Shown here: positions 1 to 12,200 of the stretch, in pieces
Numbering within the stretch: position 1 is the stretch's first letter
How the letters are laid out: the number at the start of each line of letters is the position of its first letter
Assembly: GCA_030141605.1 (NCBI GenBank)
Contig: JAQGDQ010000449.1
Location: 62,001 to 126,000, forward strand
Direction: 5' to 3'
Length of the DNA: 64,000 nucleotides
Source: Tubiluchus corallicola
Taxonomy: Eukaryota; Animalia; Priapulida
Made by a program: the position numbers and the translations under genes
The notes under the pieces: model-generated
Told to the model about the DNA's origin: nothing
The model's database searches: none
The model's input: only the letters and a program-made list of their open reading frames with translations

Positions 1-696
1 AATGTCGGCTTTCTGTGGATCGTACGGTGTCCCCACTAAAATTTCTGGAGGAGCATAAGCATAGCTACCACAATAAGTTTCGCTAAGTGCTTTTTTATCA
101 TTACCACTTGGCTTATCTATGGGTTTAACAGGTCGCGCGAACCCAAAATCTGTAATTTTTAAGTTGTTTTGTTTATCTAATAAGAGATTTTCGCATTTCA
201 GATCTCTATGAGCAATTCCTTTGCTGTGAATGAAAGATACTCCACCGTGCAACTGATGAAACCAGCGGCCAGCTTGTGTTTCTCTGATAAATTTCTGTGA
301 TTTGATCATGTCCAGCAGGTCGCCATTATCGCATATCTCCATTACGAAATAAATACTGTCTGCCGTCTCTATAGCTTCATAACACTGAACTAGAGAAGAG
401 TGATGACTTAATTTTTTTAACACTTCAATTTCGCGAGGGACAAATTTTGCAAAAAAATCTTGTGGTATGTTTCTTTTGTTCATAAGTTTAACTGCAACAC
501 GGCCTTGATGTTTAGCAGAATATGCTTCCTTGACGGTAGAATATGAACCGTACCCGAGAGTTCTGACAAATTTTAATCCTTCTACCGCCGAATGTTCAGT
601 ATCTGAGCTACTACCGCTCTGTCTCTTACCATGTGATGTTCTTGAACCTGGCTTCGGATCTACCGCTTTTAAATGAACTTTACCTTTGTCCGACAT
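1..696 (-). CDS. TSSK: Testis-specific serine/threonine kinase family protein (TSSK, probably TSSK4-like); intronless in the visible part, 3' end outside the window
   Basis: Uninterrupted frame from ATG at 696 to base 1, absent from the ORF track. It reads MSDKGKVHLK...LGYGSYSTVKEAY...VAVKLM...KFVPREIEV...IYFVMEICDNGDLLDMIK...AGRWFHQL...HRDLKCENLLLD...KITDFGFAR...LSETYCGSYAYAPPEILVGTPYDPQKADI. HRDLKCEN, KFxPRE and LSxTYCGS are TSSK hallmarks. An in-frame stop lies upstream of the ATG. Confidence 0.92.
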   Translation of the reverse strand, partial: MSDKGKVHLKAVDPKPGSRTSHGKRQSGSSSDTEHSAVEGLKFVRTLGYGSYSTVKEAYSAKHQGRVAVKLMNKRNIPQDFFAKFVPREIEVLKKLSHHSSLVQCYEAIETADSIYFVMEICDNGDLLDMIKSQKFIRETQAGRWFHQLHGGVSFIHSKGIAHRDLKCENLLLDKQNNLKITDFGFARPVKPIDKPSGNDKKALSETYCGSYAYAPPEILVGTPYDPQKADI

Positions 697-733
697 CACG
701 TCGGATCCGTTCGGAAGAAATTCTCCTATGTGG

Positions 734-823
734 CATCGTGAATTTTAATTAAAAAATCACGATCAAGTGAACGGCGGCGGCGCCATTCTGTCTTACGCTG
801 ATAATGCCACTTTGCGTAGCAAC
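734..823 (-). promoter_or_regulatory. Candidate TSSK 5' leader/promoter: two upstream ATGs, a near-palindrome and an X-box-like motif
   Basis: uATG at 786 (MAPPPFT*) and an out-of-frame uATG at 736 whose ORF overlaps the main start. Near-palindrome ATCGTGAATTTTAATTAAAAAATCACGAT at 735-763. TTTGCGTAGCAAC at 811-823 resembles an RFX X-box. Confidence 0.3.
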
Positions 824-3281
824 CGTTTTCGTTGTTTATTACATCACTGCACAGCTTTCTTGACTTTCCACTAATATTATTGAGATCGCTTATACTATAG
901 CATTACCACGAAAAGATAAAAAACTTCAAAAGTTAATTTTTTCACAATTTTTTTCAGACATAAACGTTTGAAGCATTATGGGATGTGCCTTGTGCCAGTA
1001 CAAGGTAAGATGGTGACTATTCTGAAAAAGCACATATTTTTATAAGGTCAGTAGTATAGGTTTCTGAAAAAAATTCCGAATTGCATGCAGGTCTGTCACA
1101 TAAAATAGTAAAGTGTAGACTAATGTCTGTCCGAATCACAAAATACTTTATAAAAAACCATGTTTGTGACGAAGTTCAGCATTCAAATCGAGCTAACATT
1201 TTAAAATCTCTTTACGTCTATTTAGGTACCGAGCAAAAAATTCGGAAGGCAGACGCTTAATAGAAACTAAGTCTAGCCTAACATGGTAGATAGTCCGGTT
1301 CATATTCTCACTAAAAGAACTGTCTTAAACTTAGTCTAACTGAATGACTTGACCATTGGTATAACCCAACTATCCTGTACCCTTAAATCTCATTTCTTTA
1401 AGGTCTCAGCATTCAACAATTTTTGCTTTTAGTTCCTTTGCATCAAGCAACTTTGTGCGGCCATTGTACACTTCCTCTTTAAGGGAAGATCAGATAATGT
1501 AATCCAGAGGATAAGTCCCATTTTTTGGTAACAAATTTTTATCAGTTCTTTATTTTCTTTGGTGATAATCATGATGTAAACTGGTTGTTTCCTTTACTGT
1601 TTTGCTGCATGTACTGAGCGATTCACATGCCACTGAAAGTAGCTGTTATTCAGTTGACGATTGGCTGACGTTGTTCCGGCATTTAATTTTTTAACATTCA
1701 AAAGGCTTTTCGGTCGTAACTTAAAAAACACTAAAACTATAAACTTGTAACTTTCACTGCCGAAAGTGAATGTATTGGAATATCATGGTGCGAAATTTTA
1801 TTTAACTTTGTAAAACTTTTAATCTTATTGTACTCGGCACATTTTTAATCTTAAACTTCGGCACATTTTTTTCTGAGCCACTCGATATATTTACAAGAAA
1901 GAAGCATTTCAAGCTTAATTCTGTTCCAATACGATTGATCATTCCACTTATGATTTGTCCATATTACTTCTATTACAAGTTTCAAATATGGTGAAATTAC
2001 GCTGTGGTAAATAATTTGCTTAAAAACGTTGTACAAGTAAAAAATAATTGTTACTACATGTATAATTAGAATAATGACATTCTTGCATATTTGTCGCTGT
2101 TGTTTGTCCTATATACATAATAGTGAAATTCTCAAATAAACAACTAAGATTAAATAATATGGATTATAAGTTTATTTTGAGATTGTTGTGGTATACAATG
2201 CTCCTATTTTTTGTTACGTTGCGACAAAACAAGCAAAACAAGTAATCATCACTTTTAAGGGAAGACCGTTAAAAATAAATTATTGCATACGTATTGTCAA
2301 AGAGATAATGACTCATATAAATGGCAAACCATTTTCATTTATTGATTTCGATAGAGCATAATACTTTCACAAAAACATTATGCTGCTTTACTCCAACGAA
2401 ACAAAGGCTTTATTAACAATTTCGACCTTTTTACATATTCTGGCAACATTCGCTGTAGTTAATACAATAATAAATATTTTATTTTACTTTACTTTATCTT
2501 ATAAAAGCCTATCTACGATCGTTCAATTCTTGATTAGTTACAATTTAAAATGTATGGATAGTTAAACTAGTCACGCACAGTTACTTAAAGACTTAATGAG
2601 CCACTAGAATGGTGAGCCACTCTGGTCAAAGAAACAATGTTCTGCCAGAACTGCGTCCTTACCTAGCTGCCACCTAGAACTAAAAATTGCGCCAACCATG
2701 CGCCTACTGCAAACACCATCCATCAGAAATGGGATTAATGCGATAATGGTGGCACCAAAAATTAATTCAAAAACTACAGGACGGAAATGTTAAGCTAAAT
2801 ATTTATATAGAATATAATATAATGCTGGGCTGGTGGCGCAGAAAATTAACATAAAAGCTACTAAGAAACAAAGCGTAATCCAAACATTGGCAAGGCGTAG
2901 TAAAGTAATCACAGAAAAATCACAAATAAACATGACACACGATACATGAAATTAAATTTAGAGTATGCACTAAAGACAGTTGATTTAATTAGCAAAAATA
3001 AATGATAACTAGCCGCTTAATCGTACGATAATTATTTATACAGCAGCACTGTGAGAAATATGGGTGCACTTCATGCTATTGTGTCATATAATCCAGAGTA
3101 GAAAATTTTAAATTTGGCTTTTCTTAAGTTAAAATTATTCGAGGCATGTAAAATAAAAAATGTGTTCCGTTGCACTTCTGTACTGCTTTACTTGGAGGAC
3201 TGGCATTCGACACAAACACGCATAAAAAGACGCCCATAAATCATAAAAATTGCTTATTGCACAACGATTATTTTTTAGTTT

Positions 3282-6200
3282 TTATTCTTCTTCTATGTTT
3301 GGTCGGCGTTTAGGACGGACTTCTCCACCTCGTGACGTCGACACTCCTTGTGCTCGAGACAAGGCGCGCAGCTTTGCAAAAGCGTTTTCAGCATCTTCTG
3401 CTCGAGCCTCAGCCTCTTCTAATTCAGCCTGAGCTTTACGATACTTAGCCAGGTTCATGTTGGCAACTTCTTCAGCCTCTTCGATCTGCCGCTTGTACAT
3501 TTTAATTTTGTTATTTACTTTGTCCATGCCGTCCTGCAAATTCATCATCAATTTTTTGTCGTCTTCAGCTTGCATCATTAGTTCCTTGACTCGGCGGTCG
3601 GCCTTGCGGAAGGCTTTCTGGGCTTCACTGTGGCGACGCTGTTCAACATCAAGCTCTCCTTCTAGCTCACGTGTGCGATGTTCAAGCTTAGCGATCAGTT
3701 TCTTTCCGCCTTTAAGCATGTTTGCTTCGGCTTCATCAAGACGCACTTGAAGATCCTTTATTTGCTGTTCTTGAGCCTTGCGAGCCTTTTCAATATTGTT
3801 AGCATGATCTTGTTCTTGGCGAAGTTCTTCAGCTAGGCGAGCTGCATCGGCTACTGCAGTCCTTGATTTCTCATCTGCCACCTTTAATTCGTTTACAGTT
3901 TCATCTAGGTCGGCTTGCATGGTTGTAATCTCACCTTCCAATTTCCTCTTGGCACTTGAGGTTGAGGCTAGTTGGCTCTGTATATCACTGATCCTGTCAT
4001 TAGCGTCACTTAGATCTGACTCAGCTGCACGACGATTGCGTTCGGCTTGTTCAAGGCTTGTGCGGGTTTCATCAAGCTCAGAACTGATTGCATTGCATCT
4101 GCGTTCACTAGCATTAAACATTTCCCGGAGTTCTTCTCTAGCGTGTTGTTCTTCCTCAATTTGAACCTCCAAATCATTAATGTGTGCCTGCAACTTTTTG
4201 ACATTTTTCTGTGCTTCGGCGTTCTGACGGTTTGCACTGTCCAAGGCAACCTCAAGCTGGTTAATATCACTCTCTAATTTTTTCTTCATTCGCAATGCCT
4301 CAGCTTTGCCTTTGGCTTCTGCCTCCAAACTGGCCTGCATTGAGTCAACTGCATGTTGATGGTTTCTACGGGTAGTTTCAAACTCTTCATCTTTTTCAGC
4401 CAATCTTCTTTCGATTTCTTGACGAATTTGTTGTAACTCCAGTTGCCCTCTGACCACTTTAGCTTCTTCTTGCTCCAGGGCTGCTTCTGCTTCTTCAAGT
4501 GCTGACTGCAGTTCTTCTTTTTCTTGCTCGGCTCTTTTTCGTGCTTTATCAACTTCGTGAATGTTTCGACCACCCTCTCCAATTTGCTCCATCAGTTCTT
4601 TAATCTCATCAGCCAAATTTCTGTTTTCTCTTTTGGCTGCTTCAAGTGCATCCTCCGCTTCCTCTCTCTGAGTTTTATTCTTGAATAATTCAGTAGAAAT
4701 ATTGCGACATTCACGTTGGCTAGCTTCGAGCTCAGAAGAAAGATCGTCACATTTTTGTTTCCATTCAGCAATCGTTTTGTCAAAGTTACGCTGCCTCTTT
4801 TCAGCAGCATTGGCAGCTGCTGTTGCTCGCTCCACTTCAATGGACATATCATCTAAATCGTTTTGCAAACGAGTTTTAGCTTTTTCTAGGCTGCTTATTT
4901 TAGCATTCAGTGTGTCAATGGAATCAGCTGAATCCATAAGCTTAGCCTGTAATTTCCGCCTATAAAGTAAAAATTATATGACAAATACATATAAGCACAA
5001 TGTACATTTATAATTTTGCTATTGCAGTTTTTGCAAAAACATCTGAAATTTTATCACATTTAATCACATTAAATTATTTTATTTAAAAACAACTTTCCAG
5101 TATCACAAATAATAATTTGAACTATTACACATTTATAATACTAATGAGCATTAATTTTTTTCTCACTTTATTTCCTCAGCTTCTGGTCCTCCACCACCAA
5201 GGCCCTCTGCATCTACACGTGCACGAAGATTATTGTAATCACTCATTACTTTAGCGAGCTGTCTCTGCATTACTGCTTTACCCTCAGCTTCTTCTTCCAT
5301 CTGATCTCTCAATTGATCAGCATCATGTTGAGCATTGCGAAGCTGAGCTTGAAGATTAGCTTTTTGTCTTCCTTCATCTTCAGCAGTGTTTCTAGCTTCT
5401 TCCAGCTGAGACTGCAATTGGGACTTGATTCTGTTCAACTGGTTTACCTGAGACTCGGTTTCCTCTACCTGCCTTTGCAAGTCATTATTCTCATTTGTCA
5501 ATCTGGACTTTTGTCCATTCATATCATTAATAGTTCTTGCTGACTCGTCTAGTTTTGCATTCGCCTCCGCCAACTGAGCTTCGAGAGCTTTGCAAAGTTT
5601 GTCAGCCTGGCTCTGGAAAACGAACATAGAGCGTCAAAGCATTGCAATTTAAGAACTAAACAGGTAATGTTCTTTGGTTATGTATCTGATTGTGCTGCTT
5701 AATTTTAGGTAAAAAATTGATCTCACTTTATGGAAATTTATAATATATGAACAAGTAGTAGTAATAAGTAGATGAGTAGCTAGGTAGTTAGATAGAAAAG
5801 AACCAGTTTCAGAAATCTTTTGTCATTGCTAGCAACCATCGTCACCACGAAACCAAACTTTATACTGCATATCAAAAGCTCAGACCCTAGCTGGTGAGCA
5901 AGTACTGTTGGAATCGTATTAGTGGCTTCCGCGTAGCATGCGCAGAAAACAGACAGGATGACACGGCTCGGAATCAGGATCGACTAAGTGGAGCCCTTGA
6001 ACCAAAAATTGGCAAGCCATGATCACACTATGTGCTTAACAACCAAAGTTAAGCAAGGTCGCGGCTAATCCTTGAACAGATTGGTGGGTGACTGCTTCAT
6101 TAAATACTCTGTCCCTTTTCATTCGCCATATTGATTCTAGTCATTTATGCTGTAGATGGAACACGTATTTTCATTTAAACATGACTGAAACAACTTTGTC

Positions 6201-9200
6201 AGTTTACTATCTCATCCTAGAAGATCTCCCCACATCCATCAGCATTATACTGCACATAGGGGCCGAATTCCGGCTTACAGTGTGCATATTTGTATAAAAA
6301 AAGATTATTTATCAAGCGAAAATACTTAAGTCTGCTTGACGCGGGACTTGTATAACTACCTGGTACAATATTATTTCATTAATATTTGTACCTTTGCCTT
6401 GCTGATATGATCAACATTCCCTCTGATGTCGTCAATTTCCACTTTCAGCTGGGATTTTTCTTTTTCTAAACTAAATATTGAAAAAGTTGATAGATTAAGA
6501 GACAGTTTGTCATTATAAATTTCACAAAATAATGAAAACGGATTTATGTCAGTGTATTACGGAATAGATTTTATGAACTGTTTTATGTCTGTGTCGGTTT
6601 TGTTGTGTCGCCATCATTTTATTCTATCATTATCATTTTCCTGTTAAATGTTTTAGTGCAAAACAACTTTGAAATATTTTGAGTGTGCTATATAAGTATA
6701 AATAAATTAAATTACCATAAATTCAAAAAATTAAAATAAGACAGTTAATTACTCTTTTTTATATTCCTTAGTATGCTTGCTTCCTTATTCCCCACTTCTT
6801 TTTCTAGTCTTCCTTTGGTCTTTTTCTTTTTTTATTCCTCCTTTTCCGTTTTCATTCTCCTGTCGTCCATTTCCTGTCTTCCTTTTTCTTTGCCCTTCGG
6901 CTCTTCTATCATTAAATCTTTTATCCATACTTTGCGTTTTTGACTAACGTTTACGCACTCGTTTATAGCGAGTTTGTTCACTTATTCGTTCATTTACTCA
7001 TTCATATGCCATGCCTAACTAATTAATTAAATAGTACTTACTTTGCTTTTACTCTCTGCAGCTGGTCAAGCTTTTCTCCAAGTTCAGCAATGGCATCATT
7101 TTGCTTTTTTCTCAATGCTGACATTGTTGCCTCAGCGTTTAGAGCTTGTTCTTCCAGACTGCGACGGAGCTTAATGATTTCCGCTTCCCGTTTCCGGTTC
7201 AACTCAACCTGTGCATGAGTTGCACCCCCTGCCTCCTCTAGGCGTTCAGTCAGTTCCTCTAGTTCCCGCATGGCTTCAGCGCGCTGCTTTTCAACCTTTG
7301 AGCGAGACTGTCTCTCAGACTCTGCTTCTTCTTCCACCTCCTCAACGCGAGCTTGCAGTTCTTTAATCTTCTTCTGCAACTGATGCAGCGCTCCCTGTTC
7401 ATCTTCGCTCTTGCTCATCACATTGGCAATTTCTTTGTCCTTCCTGCGAATGGTTTCTTCTTGTTCATGTCTAATACGTTCTAGTTCTTCCACAGATTCT
7501 TGCGTCATTTTCAAATCTCCCTCCAATTTGCGTTTGTATTTCTCAACGTCTCCACGAATTTTTTTCTCGCGTTCACAGTTGTCTTCCATTTCATCTAAAG
7601 CCTGTTCAAGTTTAGTCTTCATTTTATTCAAGTGATTTACCTTCTCTTCTTCTTTGGCAAGCTCCTCTGCTGTTCTCTGAAAACAACAAAGCAATTGTTG
7701 ACGAACATTTTTGCCTAAAAATTTTTAAGATTGTGTAAACAAAAACAATTTGTTAATTGGTCGTAGTTGTAACTATTAAAGCCAGCTGGGTTTTTACATG
7801 CAATTTTCGTAATATATCATTGCGCAATGATTCTTTGGCGCAACAAAATGACAAAGAAAATGAAACATTATTTCTTAAATTTTAAATTTTAGTTAAAACG
7901 CGCCAAATCATTGTTTAATGTTTACTGATGCTCTGATGTGTTAGACGAAATTTTTTAAGTAAATTAGCGTGCTATATTCAACAGTAAAAAATAAAATCTA
8001 AAAAACTGTTTGTCACAATATAAGCTTTCCTAGTTTTCTATCCAATGAAGCATTATTTCAAGTAATCTTATTGAGATGTATTGCTCTAAAATTTTATGCT
8101 CATCCATACTTTACGTATTATATAATTAAGTAATACACTTACTGCTTGTGTTTCCTCTAGGTTTTTCTTTTCTCTATTCACTTTTGAAATCAGTTCATCC
8201 TGCTTGCTAATTTCGCCATTTAGCTGATTAATTTGATGTTCCTTTGCTGTTTTGTCACCCTCTAATTTTTTAACCTGGCGTTCCAATTCCTCTATTTGAC
8301 TCCTTAAGTCACCACCTTCAGCGTCCATTTTCCGTTTCATCTCACTAAGGCTTGCTGAATGTTCTTCTTCTTCTGCTAATCTCTCTCTCAGATCACGAAT
8401 CTGATCGTCTAAATCTTGTTTCTGTGCCATCAGCCTAGTGGCTCTTTCTTCTATATCCGCAATAGTCTCAGCTTCGCCTTGTACTTGTGACAGAAGCTCT
8501 GCCCTTTCCTTTTGTAGTTTAGCGACAAGATCTTCATAGTCCTTTTTAGCTTTTGCATCTTTTTCCATTTCTTCCTTCATTTTCGCGATTTCTTCATCCT
8601 TCTTTTTCATTTCATCTTCTTGCCTAGCAATGGAGAGAAGAGGCTTGACCTTAGTATAAAGTTTCCACCACGGCCAATTCCGGCACTGCAAGTACTTCCT
8701 GGTGTTGCGCTGGATGACAATCATCGCCAAACGCTGAGCCTTCATGATTTCATACTGGTCACGCATTTGTTTTCCTCTTATCCATGCTTGCATCAATGTC
8801 AGAATACGTGTTATACGTACATCTCGCATCTCCTCAAGTTTGCCCAAAGACCCAGCACGAAAGAAAACCTTAGTGCCACCCAGTTTATACTCAGCTGTGT
8901 CCCACTGAAGGGCGTTCAGTATAGCTGTTGTTATATCCTTGCTGTCAGCGAAGCCTTGTGGAATAGCATTTGGAGCTAAAATCTGATATCTGTAAAAGCA
9001 GATAAATATATTATTGGTTTATTTCTCAAACAATGTCAAACAGACTAAAGCAACAATTGTTTCAAATCAAGAAGCGCTGACACTCAAAATAATAAATAGC
9101 GCAGAACATAAATACATTTCCATCAGTAAACAAATGTAAAATTAAAAGTTTATTACCTTTGCTTGAAGTCTCCATATAGTAATCTGTTGGGGAAGCCTTT

Positions 9201-12200
9201 GCGGCAGATTCGGATGCCCTCAAGCACACCATTACAGGTCAGCTGGTTCATGACGAGTGGTGCATCAATAGCTCCTCCTTCTTTGTTTTCATTAGGGATG
9301 ATGCAGCGCACGAAATGAGGAGCTGTATTCCTCAGTGTTGTCATCAACTTATTCAGTTGTTCCTGAAATAGGATAAGATTAAATGTTTTTTTAATGTTGG
9401 TAAAATTCTAACGCCCTGTGGAAACAACCCTGAAAAAAATGAAAAGTTCGCAAAACAAAAAAACGTAACTGTTATAAAATTGATTTTTTAGTAATAGACT
9501 CATCATAGATTAAAAGCATTTTGCATCTTTTTGCCTTTTGCAGTGTAGAAATTGAAACATGGGTTTGTAAACACTTGTCACTGTATAACAAAACGTTCTA
9601 TTGTTACAATGTGTCTTACCCTGTATAATGCCGATACTGTCTGAAAAGCTGATCCCTTCTTTCTCTTCTTTCCTCCACCACCACCCTCATCATCTTTTGC
9701 AAGTTTGTCTTGAAAGAGACTTCCCAACAGAGGATTGCCATGAGATTTAGCCATCATTTCAGCTACAGTGTCGTTAATTGGATCTTTATTCTTTTCTAGC
9801 CAATGAATAACATTGTAGTTGACAATGCCAGCATAGTGGACAACGCCGAAATGAGCTTCAGCCTGATTACCTTTTGGAGGTTTTGGTTTAATGAATGGCG
9901 CTGATTTGCCCAGATGATTGTCCATTAACTTCTGAAGGAAAGTCATGTCGGTAGCTTTGGGAAACATGGATTCTTCTTCAAGGATAGCAAAAACGCCCAT
10001 TGGTCTCTCAATCATGTCAATACAAGCTTGCAGGTCAAGTCCAAAATCAATGAAAGTCCACTCTATTCCTTCAGCTTTATACTCTTCCTGTTCAAGAACA
10101 AACATGTGGTGGTTGAAGAACTGCTGCAATTTCTCGTTTGTAAAGTTGATGCAAATCTGCTCAAACCCATTAAAGTCGAAAATCTCAAAACCAGCAATAT
10201 CCAACACACCAATAAAAAATTGTTTCTTTTGTGGTGTCGCCAAGGTCTCATTCACTTTTTGGACAAGCCAAACAAACATTCGATTGTAAATGGCTTTAGA
10301 CAAGGCTCCAATACCATATAATACTTGTTCCTTTGTTTGGCCTTTAGTGACGTAATCATTTCCAACTTTCACTCGAGGTTTGAGAAGTCCTTTGTACAAA
10401 TCTGCATCTAGCATACCGCACAGGTGAGCCACTTTTCCGCCAGTTTCCATTCCATCTGCTTCAGCTTGCTCTTCGCGTGGTCTCTGTTTGAACTGGCAGG
10501 TACCAAAGTGCATTACTGCAGCCACCAGCTTATAAATCATCTTCTTCTCATCTTCAGTAAATCCCAAAATATCAAACGCTTCCTGTGAATTAATAAAGAA
10601 CAACAGCCGTTATTATGAATAACTCAAAATAAGTGACAACAATTCTTTTGTTTAATACTTATTATTATAGTCCTTAAAATTGTGAATGTTTTCTTAATTT
10701 CTATCTAATCCTTTAAATTTATTTTATTTGAATTATTATGTCATTGCTAATTCAAACTACAGCAGTTTAATTAGTAAAGCGACTCGTACGGAATTTGATA
10801 AACACGTGATTCGAAAACTAGAAAAAATTCTTTAAACAAAACAACAAGTTGAAGTTATTAATTTTCGTCTCCCCTTAATAACAATAATGATTTGATGAGT
10901 GTTCTCGTAAACTCTCTACGGTTGCCTGTATAAGGGGGTCTTGGTAACAATTACTGTGTATCAAAATGTAAATCTACCGAAGTATTCTGAAACTCCTCTC
11001 CATCGTCAACTCCATCTATATAAGTCTTGCCCTGGGAAATGAAATGATAAAACTCTATTGGCTCAGTTAAGAGACACATTTCTGAAATAAAACACGCAAA
11101 AATTATTTATAAACACAAAAGCATACACACGACATAATAATATTGATAATAGTATTGCGCAATATTATTGAACGCCTGCAGGAGATATTGAAGACTGCGC
11201 AATATTTCATTCTTGTGGTAACTTATATAATACATGATTGATTTCTTCTAATAAAATATTCTTTCAAAAGTAATCAAGACAAAGTGAGAGAGAAATTGAC
11301 ATTGCTTGCTGTACAAGGAAACTAGTAAATGTATATAATATATAGGCTTCTGCATTACTATATTTGCTATAGAACTGAAAACAGTAAATTTGTATAACGT
11401 TTTTGAATCAGTAGGCCTACATGTAAGAGAAATATTTTATTTTCTATGCCATTTTAGAAGTAAACTTAAGGGTAGGTTCAATAAATTTTAAATTTTCATT
11501 AGTTTGTAAACAAATGGTAGTCAAAACATTATTAACCGTAAATAGCATCAACATATCCTAGCCATAATATTATTTTGGGTGGTGTTCCAGTAAACATAGG
11601 TATGATTTCATTTTCAACCTATTCAATTTGGCGTCCTTGGGAAGGTCATCTAGTTGCACACCCATTCCCAAATTCGATTTTTAACAACTTATTTGTAGAA
11701 AAAAATCATAAAACTGGAAACTGCTAAATTTGTTTTAAATTGCAAAAATAACTGAAATCGTTAACACCGCCAATATTAAATTTGGAGTAATATTGCCATA
11801 GCCCTGCTACATTACGCTTTAGAAGTTTAGGGCAATTGGACTGTCGCAGCCGTTTTTAAGGGCTGCAAGTATTTTATTAATAAACTTCACGTACACGAAA
11901 ATTGCGCAACAGTTCGGTACATCAGTTTATTATAAACCTAGACATGTAGTCTATTATACCGGTATTAGATTCGTATTCACCTTAATGGAAGCCCAACTTG
12001 TTTTCTCTTTTATTATACTCTGACGATGTACTAATTGATCTTTTGTGAGCAACTTGCTAACTCTGTTCATGTTTAATGATCAGATAATTGGCTTTAGATG
12101 TCGTGTAAGCCTATAAAGTTAGTAGTGATTTTACATGATTCTAAATTTTGCGCAACATTATTATATCGTGTATATGCTCCTTAAAATTTGACATATAAGC

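Noticed and set aside
3250-5543. Plus-strand and alternative-frame ORFs overlapping myosin exons (also within 38331-44528)
   Set aside because: Antisense or frame shadows of coiled-coil coding sequence, with no recognisable domains.
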